Below are positions 39,667 through 50,466 of a stretch of DNA of 64,000 nucleotides, in pieces. The notes under the pieces were generated by a model. That model was given only the letters and a program-made list of their open reading frames with translations, was not told the DNA's origin and did no database searches. The stretch covers positions 16,338 to 80,337 of the forward strand of contig JBAZMQ010000004.1 of NCBI GenBank assembly GCA_041649675.1, written 5' to 3'. Numbering within the stretch: the stretch's first letter is position 1; every line of letters starts with the position of its first letter. Made by a program: the position numbers and the translations under genes. This DNA is from Patescibacteria group bacterium. GTDB lineage: Bacteria; Patescibacteriota; Patescibacteriia; Buchananbacterales; UBA6539.

Positions 39667-41400
39667 ATGTATCAAGATCAAAACCAATTAGTCCAAGCTT
39701 TAGTTGCCGCCAACTTATTAACGAAAGAGACGGCAACTGATTTGCAAAATAAAGCGATTGCAGCTCAAAAAGCCGTTGAAGATTTGATTGTGGCCGAAAA
39801 TTTAGTCTCGGAAGATAAATTAATTGAAACCAAATCAAAATTATTAAATATTCCAATTACTGATTTGCAAGGCAGACAAATTCCTAAAAAGGTTTTGAAT
39901 TTAATACCGCAAGAAGTAGCTGAAAATTACAAGATGATTCCTTTTGAGCAGGTTGAAAATGAGCTCCATGTCGGCCTGATTAACCCGCAGAATTTTAAAG
40001 CGATTGAAGCAGTTGAGTTTTTAGCCCAGAAGGCTAATTTAAAAGTTCGTTATTTTATAATTTCTAATATTAGTTTTAGAGCGGCTTTTCGTCAGTACCA
40101 AATTCTAGGCGAAGAAGTTAAGGAAGCATTGGCTGATATTACTAATCAACCATCAGTCGGTCAAGAAGTTATGCCTCAAGATGCAAAGGAGATGGAAGAA
40201 GTAATAAAGAGCGCGCCGATTTCAAAAATGGTTTTGGTAATAATCCGTCATGCAATTGATGGCCGAGCCTCAGATATTCATATTGAACCAACAATGAAAG
40301 ATGTTAAAGTTCGTTATCGGATTGATGGTATTTTAAGGACTTCTTTAGTTTTGCCAAGGTATGTTCATTCGGCCATTGTTGCCCGGATAAAAGTTTTAGC
40401 CAATTTAAAGTTAGATGAAACCCGCAAACCACAGGATGGTCGGATTAGATTGACGATTGAAGGCCGCGATATTGATTTCCGTGTTTCTACTTTACCGTTA
40501 TTTGAAGGAGAAAAAGTAGTTTTAAGAATTTTAGACACCCAAGCCCAGGTGCCGGCCTTAGACCAGCTAGGTTTTAATAAAATTCATATTGATTTAATCA
40601 ATGAAGCAATTAAAAAACCTCACGGCTTGACTTTGTTGACTGGTCCGGTCGGTTCGGGTAAAACCACGACTTTGTATACTATTCTGACAATGTTAAATCG
40701 TGACGGTATGAATATTGTTACCCTTGAAGATCCGATTGAATATTATATTTTAGGCGTTAATCAATCTCAAATTAATCCGGACGTCGGTTTTACTTTTGCT
40801 TCTGGGTTAAGGGCAATTTTGCGTCAGGATCCAAATATTGTCATGCTTGGTGAAATTCGTGACAAAGAAACCACTGAATTAGTCGTTCATGCTAGTTTGA
40901 CTGGTCACATGATTCTTTCCACTTTGCATACCAGTAGTGCCATTGGCGCTATTCCTCGGTTAGTTGATTTGGGAGCTGAACCATTTTTACTTTCTTCAAT
41001 TATTAATTTAATTATTGGCCAACGTTTAGCCAGAAAGGTCTGTCCGGATTGTCGGATTGAAGCTGAAGTTCCTGAACCAATAATGAAAAGAATTAAGGAA
41101 CAAATTGCTGGTATTCCGGCTAAATATTTAGTTGGAGTTGACGCTAGTAAGCTAGTATTTTATAGAGGTCAAGGTTGTTCTCACTGCGGAAATTTAGGCT
41201 ATCAGGGCCGGGTGGCGGTGGCGGAAGTAATTAATATTAATAATGAAATTCGCGAGCTTATTAGCGAAGGTGGTAATGTAACGGCAATTAAAAAAGTTTT
41301 AGAAAAACAGGACTTTATTACTCTAACCCAAGATTGTTTGATTAAAGCCTTGCAGGGCATCACTACAGTTGAAGAAGTAATGAGGGTATCTCAGCTCTAA
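39667..41400 (+). CDS. pilB: Type IV pilus extension ATPase PilB/GspE
   Basis: ASDIHIEP, GPVGSGKTTT, TLEDPIE, LRQDP, GEIRD, STLHT, tetra-Cys motif. Confidence 0.95.
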   Translation: MYQDQNQLVQALVAANLLTKETATDLQNKAIAAQKAVEDLIVAENLVSEDKLIETKSKLLNIPITDLQGRQIPKKVLNLIPQEVAENYKMIPFEQVENELHVGLINPQNFKAIEAVEFLAQKANLKVRYFIISNISFRAAFRQYQILGEEVKEALADITNQPSVGQEVMPQDAKEMEEVIKSAPISKMVLVIIRHAIDGRASDIHIEPTMKDVKVRYRIDGILRTSLVLPRYVHSAIVARIKVLANLKLDETRKPQDGRIRLTIEGRDIDFRVSTLPLFEGEKVVLRILDTQAQVPALDQLGFNKIHIDLINEAIKKPHGLTLLTGPVGSGKTTTLYTILTMLNRDGMNIVTLEDPIEYYILGVNQSQINPDVGFTFASGLRAILRQDPNIVMLGEIRDKETTELVVHASLTGHMILSTLHTSSAIGAIPRLVDLGAEPFLLSSIINLIIGQRLARKVCPDCRIEAEVPEPIMKRIKEQIAGIPAKYLVGVDASKLVFYRGQGCSHCGNLGYQGRVAVAEVININNEIRELISEGGNVTAIKKVLEKQDFITLTQDCLIKALQGITTVEEVMRVSQL

Positions 41401-41435
41401 TTATTATTTATAGATTAAATTAAAATTTTAAATTT

Positions 41436-41813
41436 ATGTCTAAGAAAAAATCCATTCTTTTAGTTGAAGATGATGAGTTTTTGGCCGAACTTTATGCGAC
41501 CAAGCTCAATTTGGAGGGGTATGAAGTTTCTTTAGCGGTCAGCGGTGATAAAGGCTTAAAATTAATCAGAGAGAAAAAACCGGATTTGGTTTTGCTGGAT
41601 ATAATTTTACCGAAAATGGACGGGTTTGAGATTCTCAAGGCAGTTAAAGAAGATAAAGCCCTAAAAGACATTCCGATTATTCTTTTAACCAATTTAAGCC
41701 AAAAAGATGAAGTTAAGAAAGGTTTAGAACTGGGAGCGGTTGACTATTTGATTAAGGCCCATTTTATGCCTTCTGAAGTAGTCAAAAAGATAAAACAAGT
41801 GATGGGTGATTAA
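41436..41813 (+). CDS. Stand-alone response regulator receiver domain
   Basis: VEDD, LLDIILPKMDG (phospho-Asp), LTN, DYLIK. Confidence 0.92.
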   Translation: MSKKKSILLVEDDEFLAELYATKLNLEGYEVSLAVSGDKGLKLIREKKPDLVLLDIILPKMDGFEILKAVKEDKALKDIPIILLTNLSQKDEVKKGLELGAVDYLIKAHFMPSEVVKKIKQVMGD

Positions 41814-41830
41814 ATTTAAATTATAATTTT

Positions 41831-42904
41831 ATGGAAGCTTCCTCTAACATTATTATCAATAAAATTTTAACGGCGGCGGCTAAACAGCGTGCTTCTAATG
41901 TTCATCTGACCGTTGGCGCCTATCCAACCTTAAGAATTGACGAGGAGTTGTTTGAGCTTAAAGATGAACAAATTATTACCAATGATTTTGTTATTAAGCT
42001 GGCTGATGGTTGGTTGGAAACTGATCAAAAGAAAATATTAGATGAAAAAAGGGAAGTTGTTTTTGTTAAAGAAATTGCTAAACAATTTAGGGTAAAAGTC
42101 GCTTTTTTCTTTCAGAAGAATTTTTTATCCGCTTCTTTAAGGTTAATCCCGGCCCAAATTCCACCATTGATTAATTTAGGTTTGCCTAAGTCAGTTTATA
42201 GTCTGAGTGATAAAAAAGCCGGTTTGATTATTGTTACTGGTCCTTATGGTTCTGGTCGAACAACTACAGTCGCTTCCATCGTTGAGGAAATCAACAAGAG
42301 CCGGAAAGAAAATATTATTACCATTGAACAACCAATTGAATATTTGTTTACTAATAAAGAGAGTTTAATTGAACAAAGGGAGGTTGGCCGAGATGTTAAT
42401 TCCTTTACCGATGCTTTGCAATCTTGTCAGCAGGCCGATGTTGACGTGGTGGCTTTAGCGGTAACCGCTGAGGCTGGAGCAATACCTTTAGCTTTGGAAT
42501 TTGCTAATTCAGGAAGGTTGGCCATTATGACGATGGAAACAGTTTCGGCAATTCAAACCATTGAAGAAATTTTTGCTGCTTTTCCCAAAGAAGAGCAACA
42601 ACGGGCACCACTTTTATTATCTGAAGGTCTGCTGGCAATTATTGCTCAGCGGGTGGTGCCAAAAGTCGGTGGTGGGTTAGTTCTAGCGGCCGAAGTTCTG
42701 ATTGCGACTGAAGCGGTTAAATCATTAATTCGTGAAGGCAGAATTAAACAAATTAATACCATATTGCAAAGCTCACGCGCCGAAGGAATGCTAAGTTTGG
42801 ATCAATCATTGGCTGAGTTGGTCAAATCAGGCGAAGTTTTAATTGATCAAGCAATTGAATATGCCAATGACCCGGGGAGTTTTCGAGCGATGGCCAAAGG
42901 TTAA
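41831..42904 (+). CDS. pilT: PilT-like protein with degenerate ATPase motifs
   Basis: PilT architecture (QREVG, AVKSLIRE, GM.SLDQSL), but Walker A reads GPYGSGRTTT and GEMRD is absent. Confidence 0.85.
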   Translation: MEASSNIIINKILTAAAKQRASNVHLTVGAYPTLRIDEELFELKDEQIITNDFVIKLADGWLETDQKKILDEKREVVFVKEIAKQFRVKVAFFFQKNFLSASLRLIPAQIPPLINLGLPKSVYSLSDKKAGLIIVTGPYGSGRTTTVASIVEEINKSRKENIITIEQPIEYLFTNKESLIEQREVGRDVNSFTDALQSCQQADVDVVALAVTAEAGAIPLALEFANSGRLAIMTMETVSAIQTIEEIFAAFPKEEQQRAPLLLSEGLLAIIAQRVVPKVGGGLVLAAEVLIATEAVKSLIREGRIKQINTILQSSRAEGMLSLDQSLAELVKSGEVLIDQAIEYANDPGSFRAMAKG

Positions 42905-42939
42905 AATTCTTATTTCCTAGAAAATGAAAATTTTATTTT

Positions 42940-44145
42940 ATGCCTTATTTTCGTTACAAAGCCCAAGATGAAGAAGGGGAAACAATTGAAGGAATGATTC
43001 AAGCTGCTTCTCAGGACGTAGCGGCAGACACTTTGGCTGACCAAAATTTAACTATTTTATTTTTAAGTGAAGAAAAAGTTAGCTTTTTTGAACGGTCATT
43101 AAAATCTTTAAATCGGGTCAAGATTAAAGATCTAGTTATTTTTTCTCGGCAATTATCAGTCATTGTCTCGGCAACAATTCCTTTAGTTCAAGGTTTAAAG
43201 ATTTTAATTAATCAAACCGAAAGTCCGGTTTTAAAAACCGTAATTTCTGAGGTGGCTGATGATGTTGAAGGCGGGGCAAAACTTTCGGCGGCCCTGAGTC
43301 GCCACCGCGAGATATTTAATGATTTTTTTATTAATATTATTAGGTCCGGAGAAACCTCTGGTAAACTGGATGAAGTTTTAAATTATTTGGCTGATCAGCA
43401 GGAAAAAGATTATGATTTGGTTTCTAAAATTCGCGGGGCAATGATTTATCCGGCTTTTATCGTCTCTGGTCTTTTAATCGTTGGTACGGTAATGATGATT
43501 TTTGTCATTCCGCAGTTAACGTCAGTTTTAACCGAGACTGGTGCCGAGCTGCCACTTTCAACTAAGCTTTTAATTGGGGCTAGTAATTTTTTAACCCATT
43601 ATTGGTGGATTTTACTGATTGGTATTTCAGCAGTTATTCTTGGCTTAAGATTTTTTATCAAAACTAAATCGGGCCGGTATTATTGGGATAGTTTGAAATT
43701 GAAGCTTCCGATTTTTGGCAAGTTGTTTCAAAAGATAATTTTAGTTCGGTTTACTCGTAGTCTTTTTACCTTGACCACTGGTGGCGTATCTCTGACCAAA
43801 AGTTTGGATATTGTTTCTGATGTAGTTGGCAATCAGGTATATAAACAGTTGATTCAGGAAACCAAACGGGAGGTTGAAGACGGTAATTCAATTGCCACAG
43901 TTTTTATGCGCAGCAAGCAGGTGCCGGTTATGGTCTCACAAATGCTGAGTTTGGGCGAAAAGACTGGTCGAATTGATGATATTTTAAATCGTCTAGCTAA
44001 TTTTTATGGCCGGGAAGTTGATAATATTGTTACTAATTTAGTTAGTTTGTTAGAGCCATTAATTATGGTTTTGATGGCGGTAGCAGTTGGTGTCCTGGTT
44101 TCAGCAATAATTTTACCGATGTATAGCTTGGCTTCTAGTTTATAG
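42940..44145 (+). CDS. pilC: Type IV pilus platform protein PilC/GspF
   Basis: FSRQL, GETSGKLD, AMIYP, GEKTG, LLEP, ILPMY. Confidence 0.95.
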   Translation: MPYFRYKAQDEEGETIEGMIQAASQDVAADTLADQNLTILFLSEEKVSFFERSLKSLNRVKIKDLVIFSRQLSVIVSATIPLVQGLKILINQTESPVLKTVISEVADDVEGGAKLSAALSRHREIFNDFFINIIRSGETSGKLDEVLNYLADQQEKDYDLVSKIRGAMIYPAFIVSGLLIVGTVMMIFVIPQLTSVLTETGAELPLSTKLLIGASNFLTHYWWILLIGISAVILGLRFFIKTKSGRYYWDSLKLKLPIFGKLFQKIILVRFTRSLFTLTTGGVSLTKSLDIVSDVVGNQVYKQLIQETKREVEDGNSIATVFMRSKQVPVMVSQMLSLGEKTGRIDDILNRLANFYGREVDNIVTNLVSLLEPLIMVLMAVAVGVLVSAIILPMYSLASSL

Positions 44146-44259
44146 TTTTTAGCGTTTGTTGATTTGCTAATTTTTTGTTATAATATAAATAATTGTTAAT
44201 AACTAAAAAATAAAAGTTCGCAACAAATGCGACCCAAAACAAGGAAAGGGGGTGAAAAA

Positions 44260-44721
44260 ATGAGAAAGAAACAAGGTTTTACTCTTATTGAGTTGCTGGT
44301 AGTTATCGCTATTATTGGACTTTTGTCCACTTTGGCAGTTGTGGCTTTAAATTCCGCTCGTCAGAAGGCCAGGGATGCCAAGCGGGTGGCTGATATTAAA
44401 CAAATTCAGACCGCTTTAGAGCTTTATTTCAACGATAACACAACTTATCCGGCAGCCACTGGTGATCTAGGTTCAACTAATTTTGCCTGTTTAGGTGGTG
44501 GTGGTTTCGGGACAGCCGGCGCTACGGCTTGTACCGGCACTACTTATATGGGGTTGATCCCATCCAATCCAGCCCCGACTGCTGCTTCAACTGGTGTTTA
44601 TTATTATGTTAGCGCTGGCGGAGATAGTTATAATATAATCTTTGCCCTTGAAGGAACTACTGGTGGATTGAACAAGGGAGCCAATGGGCTTTATACTGCC
44701 TCCCAAGACGGAATTAAGTAA
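44260..44721 (+). CDS. Type IV major pilin 1
   Basis: Prepilin site MRKKQG|FTLIELLVVIAIIG. Strong SD aagggggtga before ATG 44260. TGnTATAAT at 44176-44184. Confidence 0.93.
   Translation: MRKKQGFTLIELLVVIAIIGLLSTLAVVALNSARQKARDAKRVADIKQIQTALELYFNDNTTYPAATGDLGSTNFACLGGGGFGTAGATACTGTTYMGLIPSNPAPTAASTGVYYYVSAGGDSYNIIFALEGTTGGLNKGANGLYTASQDGIK
44347..44435 (+). repeat. 89-bp perfect repeat shared with pilin 2 (50554-50642)
   Basis: ttaaattccgctcg...tttcaacga is identical in both pilin genes. Confidence 0.9.
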
Positions 44722-44745
44722 TTTTCATATAATCTGGAGCTCCAA

Positions 44746-44776
44746 AACAAACCCTCCATTACCTGGAGGGTTTGTT
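44746..44776 (+). terminator. Intrinsic terminator after pilin 1
   Basis: aacaaaccctcca/tggagggtttgtt. Confidence 0.75.
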
Positions 44777-44811
44777 ATTAATTTCAGACCAAAAAATGGT
44801 ATAATAGAATC

Positions 44812-47076
44812 ATGAAATCATTAAAGAAAAATTTTTTGGTAATTGGCGGCTTTTTAGCTTTGGTGGTTTTATTTTTTTCACCTTATCTATTATCAGGAAA
44901 AATTCCTTATGTCGGAGATTTCACCGGCAGTGATTTAACCGAACTCAATCTACCTTTACGATTTTTAGCCAGCCAATCATGGCAATCTGGCCAGGTGCCG
45001 CTTTGGACTAATCTTCTAGCCAATGGTTTTGCCATCGTGGCTGAAGGCCAGGCGGGAGTTTTTTATCCTTTTAATTTAATCCTTTTCCCTTTTCTGCCCT
45101 TTGGTTTAGCCGTTAATCTGAGCCTGGTGATTAATTTCTTCCTGGCCGGTTTATTTATATACATTTACTGCCGATTTTTAAAAATTAGTCGCTTTGGTTC
45201 AATTTTTGCCGCAGTTGCTTTTAGTTTCAGTGGCTTTTTTGTTTTTCGGTTAAAGCATTTAAATTTGGTTAATGCCGCAATTTGGTTGCCATTAATATTC
45301 TATTTGATTGAAAAATATTTTGTTAGCAAAAGAAAATCATTAATTTTAATTGCTTTAAGTTTTGTTTTTACCATTCAATTTTTTGCCGGTCATCCGCAAA
45401 TTTTGTATATTTCTTTAATTTCAGCGGTTTTCTATTTTTACTTGAAAGCAATTTTTGTTTTCAATTTCAAAATTAATTATTTAATTACTAAATTAATCTG
45501 GCCTTGGATAATTATTGGCTTGATCTTGTTTGGTTTGGCCGCGATTCAGCTCTTACCAACCCTTTTTTATTCAGCTTCTTCCGGCCGAAGCTTAGCCATG
45601 TCTTATACTGATATCACCGGTTTTCCTTTTTTACCAGCCAATATTTTGTATTTTGTTGCGCCCTATTTTTTGGGCAATCCGGCTTTTGGGACTTATCCAT
45701 TTGATACTCATATTTTTGGTATCTTTTGGGAAAATAATATTTATTTTGGTTTAAGTGCCTTGCTTTTGGCTTTGGTGGCCATTTTTTCTTTAGTGGCCAA
45801 AAAGAAGGAAGTTAGATTTTTAGTAATTTTATTTTTGTTTTCCGGTTTATTTATCCTTGGCGATTCCAATCCAATATTTATTATTCTTTGGCAATTATTA
45901 CCGGGCTTGCAAATGTTTCGTTTTCCTCAACGCTTTTTTCTTTTGGCTTTATTTTGTCTAACGGTTTTGGCCGGATTTGGTTTTGATTTTATTTTTGAAA
46001 AAATAAATCAATGGTTTTTAAAAACCGGACGGATAATAAAATCAAAAATTTTGTTTAATACTTTATTACCGCTGACACTAATTTTAATTTTAGCTGTTGA
46101 TTTATTTGTAGTAAGCTTCAATTATTTGGGAGCGTTGGATTATGGGAAATATTTTTCTCCCTCGCAAAGTGCGCAATTTTTGCAACAAGACCCAGATAAA
46201 TTCAGAATTTATAGTTTTGACTGGCCAAACACTTGGAGTTCTATTTATCAAGTGTCTGGCGGTTGGCAAAATAATCTTTCACTTTTTAATTCCGGCCGCG
46301 AACTAATTCCGCCAAATTTGAATGTATTTTGGAATTTAGCTTCGGCTCAGGACAGAGCTTCTTTGGAAGGCGGCATGTTACCGAAAGCTGCCCAGCAGTT
46401 AGGCAACCGTTTAATGTTAGAGACTTGGTTGGGCAAAAATAATAATGGTAATAAAATTATTGTTTCCGATCAAGCCTTAAAAATTTTTGGCTTAGAAAAT
46501 GTTAAATATTTTTTATCATTCAAGGAGCTTGATAATCAGAATTTAATTTTAGCTAAGGAGATAAAAAATGATTTTTTGCCACCGCTAAAAATTTATCAAA
46601 ACAAATATTTTTTACCTTTCGCCTTTGGTGTGTTTAAAACGAAGTCAATATTGGCCGATGATCAGGCGATGAATTATCTTTTTGATCCGAATTTTGATCC
46701 GGCTCAAGAAATAGTTTTGGCTGCCGCTAAGGCTGATTTACCATCAACGGTTGAAAAACCGCAAGGGCAAGTCAAAATAATAAAGCAGCTTGGCAACCAA
46801 ATAGTTTTTCAAGTTAATTTTTCTCAGCCTGGCTATTTATTTGTTAGTCAAAATTTTGTGCCTGGTTGGCAAGCCAAAATTGATAATCAACCAACTAAAA
46901 TTATCAGAGCTAACCAAGTTTTCTCGGCAGTTTTAGTCCCAGCCGGTAATTACCAAATTACTTTTGCTTTTGAACCAATTGCTTATCTAATTGGTAAGTG
47001 GCTAACATTAATTACTTTGGCCAGTATATTTGTTTTTGGACTTTATGCTTTCTTTCGTAAAAAGTCAGTAATTTAA
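44812..47076 (+). CDS. YfhO-like GT-C membrane glycosyltransferase
   Basis: PLW....NG......Q..VFYP, AGHPQ, FRFPQRF, C-terminal PGWQAKID...V.VPAG...I.F.F.P. Many TM helices. Confidence 0.8.
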   Translation: MKSLKKNFLVIGGFLALVVLFFSPYLLSGKIPYVGDFTGSDLTELNLPLRFLASQSWQSGQVPLWTNLLANGFAIVAEGQAGVFYPFNLILFPFLPFGLAVNLSLVINFFLAGLFIYIYCRFLKISRFGSIFAAVAFSFSGFFVFRLKHLNLVNAAIWLPLIFYLIEKYFVSKRKSLILIALSFVFTIQFFAGHPQILYISLISAVFYFYLKAIFVFNFKINYLITKLIWPWIIIGLILFGLAAIQLLPTLFYSASSGRSLAMSYTDITGFPFLPANILYFVAPYFLGNPAFGTYPFDTHIFGIFWENNIYFGLSALLLALVAIFSLVAKKKEVRFLVILFLFSGLFILGDSNPIFIILWQLLPGLQMFRFPQRFFLLALFCLTVLAGFGFDFIFEKINQWFLKTGRIIKSKILFNTLLPLTLILILAVDLFVVSFNYLGALDYGKYFSPSQSAQFLQQDPDKFRIYSFDWPNTWSSIYQVSGGWQNNLSLFNSGRELIPPNLNVFWNLASAQDRASLEGGMLPKAAQQLGNRLMLETWLGKNNNGNKIIVSDQALKIFGLENVKYFLSFKELDNQNLILAKEIKNDFLPPLKIYQNKYFLPFAFGVFKTKSILADDQAMNYLFDPNFDPAQEIVLAAAKADLPSTVEKPQGQVKIIKQLGNQIVFQVNFSQPGYLFVSQNFVPGWQAKIDNQPTKIIRANQVFSAVLVPAGNYQITFAFEPIAYLIGKWLTLITLASIFVFGLYAFFRKKSVI

Positions 47077-47093
47077 TATTATATAATAATTTT

Positions 47094-48491
47094 ATGGCCA
47101 TTACTTTGGGCAATAAACAGTTAAGCAATTTATTTTATTTTGTTGTTGCTTATATTTTAATTTTGATTGGTTACGCTGCCAACCGCGGCTTATTTTTTAG
47201 CCAAACACAAGTCTGGTTTTTAATTTTAGCCTGGTTATTTTTAGTTTTGCCGTTTTTCAAAAAACAATTGTTGACTTTCAGGCTCAATCTTGATTTGCTA
47301 AACCTTCTTTTGTTAGTAGTTGGTTTTACCTTTTGTTTATCTTTGTTTTTTGACGAAGCAATGTATTTTTCCTCAAGGCAAGCTTTCTCAAATGTTTTTT
47401 TGTTAAAATCCCTGGCTTTGATTTTATTTCTTTTTTATTTTATTGATTTTAAATTTTTGTCTAAGAATTTTTTTAGTCTTGTCCTTTTGCATCTTTGGAA
47501 GAATAAGTTTATCTATTTATTAATTATTGCTTTTTTGCTTCGTTTATTAATAATTTTTTACTCACCCGCACCGCAAATTGATGTTTTTTGGTTTTTAGAC
47601 GGTGGCGCTAAGGCTTTAGTGGCCGGTCATAATCCTTATTCGGAAGTATTTTTTAATCCTTATACTGCTGATCAAGGAAAACAACTTTATGGTGATGCTA
47701 ATTTTCAAAATGATAATTACTCCTATTTACCAACAACTATTTTTTTGACTACTATCTCTAAATTATTTTTTGGCGACGTTCGCTTTATTTATTTGTTTGC
47801 GGTTTTTGGTACCGCAGCAATCATTTATTTTTTAGTTAGAAGAAAATTCGGCCAGCCAGCGGAAATTGCCGAGTTATTATCTTTGCTAATTCTTTATGCG
47901 CCGCTATCGCTTTTTGTTTTAGAGCAGGCCTGGAGCGAGCCGCTATCAATCTTTTTGTTGGCTTTATTTGTTTTGGCTGTAAGTCTTAATTGGCGTTATC
48001 TGCCGTATTTAATTTTTGGTTCTTTTCTGGGAGTCAAGCAGGTCTCTTTGGTATTTTTGGCTTTTTTATGTCGTTTTGAGTTTATTAATCCAAAGAAGTA
48101 TTTGTTGTCCATCGTGACAATGTTAGCAATTATTCTTCCTTTTTTAGCTTGGGACTGCCGTAATTTTATTAATGACACTATTGTTCATCACGTTTTATTT
48201 CAGCCGCCGCTTCATTCATTGACTTTGAATACTCTAAGCAGAATCTTATTTTATCAAGATATCCCAGCAGTAATTTATTTGCCTTTATTATTAGGCTTAT
48301 TCTTATTTTTATTTTTTAAAACTAAAAGAGATTTATCGGGCATTATTCACTCCTCGTTAGTTTTTCTTTTTGCCTTATTTTTAATAAAACAAGGTTTTGC
48401 TAATTACTATTATAGTATTATTGGTGGCCTAATAATTCTAATGGCTTTGGAATTAGGCCAACCCGACTTAAATTATGAAAATCAAAAATAA
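47094..48491 (+). CDS. GT-C membrane glycosyltransferase (GT87/PIG-M-like)
   Basis: Luminal loop PQIDV....A..L..GHNPY...YSYLP, KQ motif, NYY, about 12 TM helices. Confidence 0.6.
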   Translation: MAITLGNKQLSNLFYFVVAYILILIGYAANRGLFFSQTQVWFLILAWLFLVLPFFKKQLLTFRLNLDLLNLLLLVVGFTFCLSLFFDEAMYFSSRQAFSNVFLLKSLALILFLFYFIDFKFLSKNFFSLVLLHLWKNKFIYLLIIAFLLRLLIIFYSPAPQIDVFWFLDGGAKALVAGHNPYSEVFFNPYTADQGKQLYGDANFQNDNYSYLPTTIFLTTISKLFFGDVRFIYLFAVFGTAAIIYFLVRRKFGQPAEIAELLSLLILYAPLSLFVLEQAWSEPLSIFLLALFVLAVSLNWRYLPYLIFGSFLGVKQVSLVFLAFLCRFEFINPKKYLLSIVTMLAIILPFLAWDCRNFINDTIVHHVLFQPPLHSLTLNTLSRILFYQDIPAVIYLPLLLGLFLFLFFKTKRDLSGIIHSSLVFLFALFLIKQGFANYYYSIIGGLIILMALELGQPDLNYENQK

Positions 48492-50346
48492 ATTGGATAA
48501 ATTATACAAAGCATTGATTAGCCAGTACCAAAAATTAATAATAGATAGAAATTTTATTCTAGCGGCTGTAATTTTTACCGTCGCCATTGCCGTCTATCTT
48601 TTTACTTTGGCCCCGTCAGTTACCATGGAAGATAGTGCTGAATTGATTACCACCGCTTACACTTTAGGCATTGCCCACCCTTCCGGTTATCCGTTATATG
48701 TTTTATTGGGTCACCTTTTTACCTGTATTCCTTGGGCAACGATTGCTTGGCGGGTTAATTTGTTGTCAGCCGTTTTTGGCGCTTTAACAATTGCTTTGTT
48801 CTATTTGATTTTAGTTAAAATAAATATTAAAAAGCCAATTGCCTTTTGTTGTGGCTTGGTTGCCGCTTTTGGCCCGATATTTTGGTCACAAAGCGTAGTA
48901 GCCAAATTTTATACCCTCAATACCTTCTTTGTTTGTTTATTAATTTTAATTCTTTTAATTTGGTCACAAAAAAAAGAAAACAAATACTTGCTTTGGTTTT
49001 CTTTGCTGTATGGAGTTAGCTTGACTAACCACACGATGATTATTCTCTTAGCGCCGGCTTTTGCCGTCTATATAGTTTTTACCGAGCGTAAAATTATTTT
49101 GAATTGGCCTTTGATTTTAAAAATGTTTATCCTTTTTTTGTTAGGCCTGCTTGTTTATTTATATATCCCGATTCGGGCCTGGCAAAAGCCGGTTTTTAAC
49201 TGGGGAATTATTAGTACCTGGCATGATGTTTGGGTTCATATTGGTAGGCGACAGTATAATGATTTTTCACCTTTGCTCAATTCTTACGGCAAAGTTGGCA
49301 TTTTTGTTTCTTTTATTTTTGAAATTTATCGTCAATTTTTTTGGCCGGCTTTACTGCTAGCATTTTTAGGCGTGGTCTATCTTTGGCAAAAGAGTAAGGC
49401 CTTAACGCTTTTAACGGTCGGTGTTTTTTTAGGCAATAGCCTGGGAATAATTTTTTTGCGTAAATTTGGTTGGGGATTAGGAATTGATTATACTTACCGA
49501 GTTTATTATTTGCCAGCTTTTTTAATGGTTATCGTTTGGGTTGCATTTATTATTAATTATCTTTATAATTTTTTGATTCAAGCGCTTGCTGGCAAACCAA
49601 AATTATTTTTGCGGTTGAGCCAAACAATATTTTTTGTACTTTTGTTTTCTTTACCGCCAAGCTTCTTGATTAATAATTATAAACTCTGCGATTTCAGTCA
49701 TTTCTGGTTTAATTATGATTACACTAAAAATCTTTTGGCCAGCCTTGAACCAAATAGCATTTATTATTTTGCCTACGATGGCAGTTTGCAAGGTGATACT
49801 GAGCTTTTTACTCTAGCTTATTTTAAAATGGTCCAAAATTTTCGGCCTGATGTCAGCGTAATTTCTGAGCAAAATCTTTTTTACAAGGATGTTTTGATCA
49901 CCTTACCTAAGGAGTATTACAAATTAGACTTTGAAAATCGCCGAAAAGAGATTTTTAAATTGTTACAAGAAATAAAGGGTCGGCCGATTTACTCTAATTT
50001 TGCTCCAACCAATGATGATCTAACCGCTGGAGTTTTTGCTTTGTCAAATGGTTATGCCTATCGGTTTTATTCAAACATTAAATTAGCAGCTCAGGTAAAA
50101 CCGACATTATATTTAGCGGCAATTAGGGGCCTGAGCGAAGTAGATGAACTTGATGATTATCCAACTGCCGGGCTAGCGGCCCATTATTATTATAATTTAG
50201 CTTCCTTTTATTTGACGGCCGGGCAAAAGAATAAATCGCAATATTATTTAATCAAGGCTTTTAATTTAGACACCGCACCGCAGAATCATGAATATCGTCG
50301 ATTTATGGTTTACCGTTCCCAGTGGTTAAAACAAGGTAAAAATTAA
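48475..50346 (+). CDS. DUF2723/TMEM260-like GT-C protein glycosyltransferase
   Basis: APSVTMEDSAELITTAYTLGIAHPSGYPLY, FWSQSV, NH, YLYIPIRA, possible C-terminal TPR. Confidence 0.82.
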   Translation: MKIKNKLDKLYKALISQYQKLIIDRNFILAAVIFTVAIAVYLFTLAPSVTMEDSAELITTAYTLGIAHPSGYPLYVLLGHLFTCIPWATIAWRVNLLSAVFGALTIALFYLILVKINIKKPIAFCCGLVAAFGPIFWSQSVVAKFYTLNTFFVCLLILILLIWSQKKENKYLLWFSLLYGVSLTNHTMIILLAPAFAVYIVFTERKIILNWPLILKMFILFLLGLLVYLYIPIRAWQKPVFNWGIISTWHDVWVHIGRRQYNDFSPLLNSYGKVGIFVSFIFEIYRQFFWPALLLAFLGVVYLWQKSKALTLLTVGVFLGNSLGIIFLRKFGWGLGIDYTYRVYYLPAFLMVIVWVAFIINYLYNFLIQALAGKPKLFLRLSQTIFFVLLFSLPPSFLINNYKLCDFSHFWFNYDYTKNLLASLEPNSIYYFAYDGSLQGDTELFTLAYFKMVQNFRPDVSVISEQNLFYKDVLITLPKEYYKLDFENRRKEIFKLLQEIKGRPIYSNFAPTNDDLTAGVFALSNGYAYRFYSNIKLAAQVKPTLYLAAIRGLSEVDELDDYPTAGLAAHYYYNLASFYLTAGQKNKSQYYLIKAFNLDTAPQNHEYRRFMVYRSQWLKQGKN

Positions 50347-50466
50347 TAAATTGGTTGTCAGTTGTATTTACTAAAAACATAAATTCTGGTATAATCTAGA
50401 GTAGAGGATTTAATCTCAATTTAAATACTAAAAAAACAAAGAAAAAACAAAGAAAGGGGGTGGAAA

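Noticed and set aside
44227-44259. Longer start for pilin 1
   Set aside because: The SD and identity with pilin 2 place the start at 44260.
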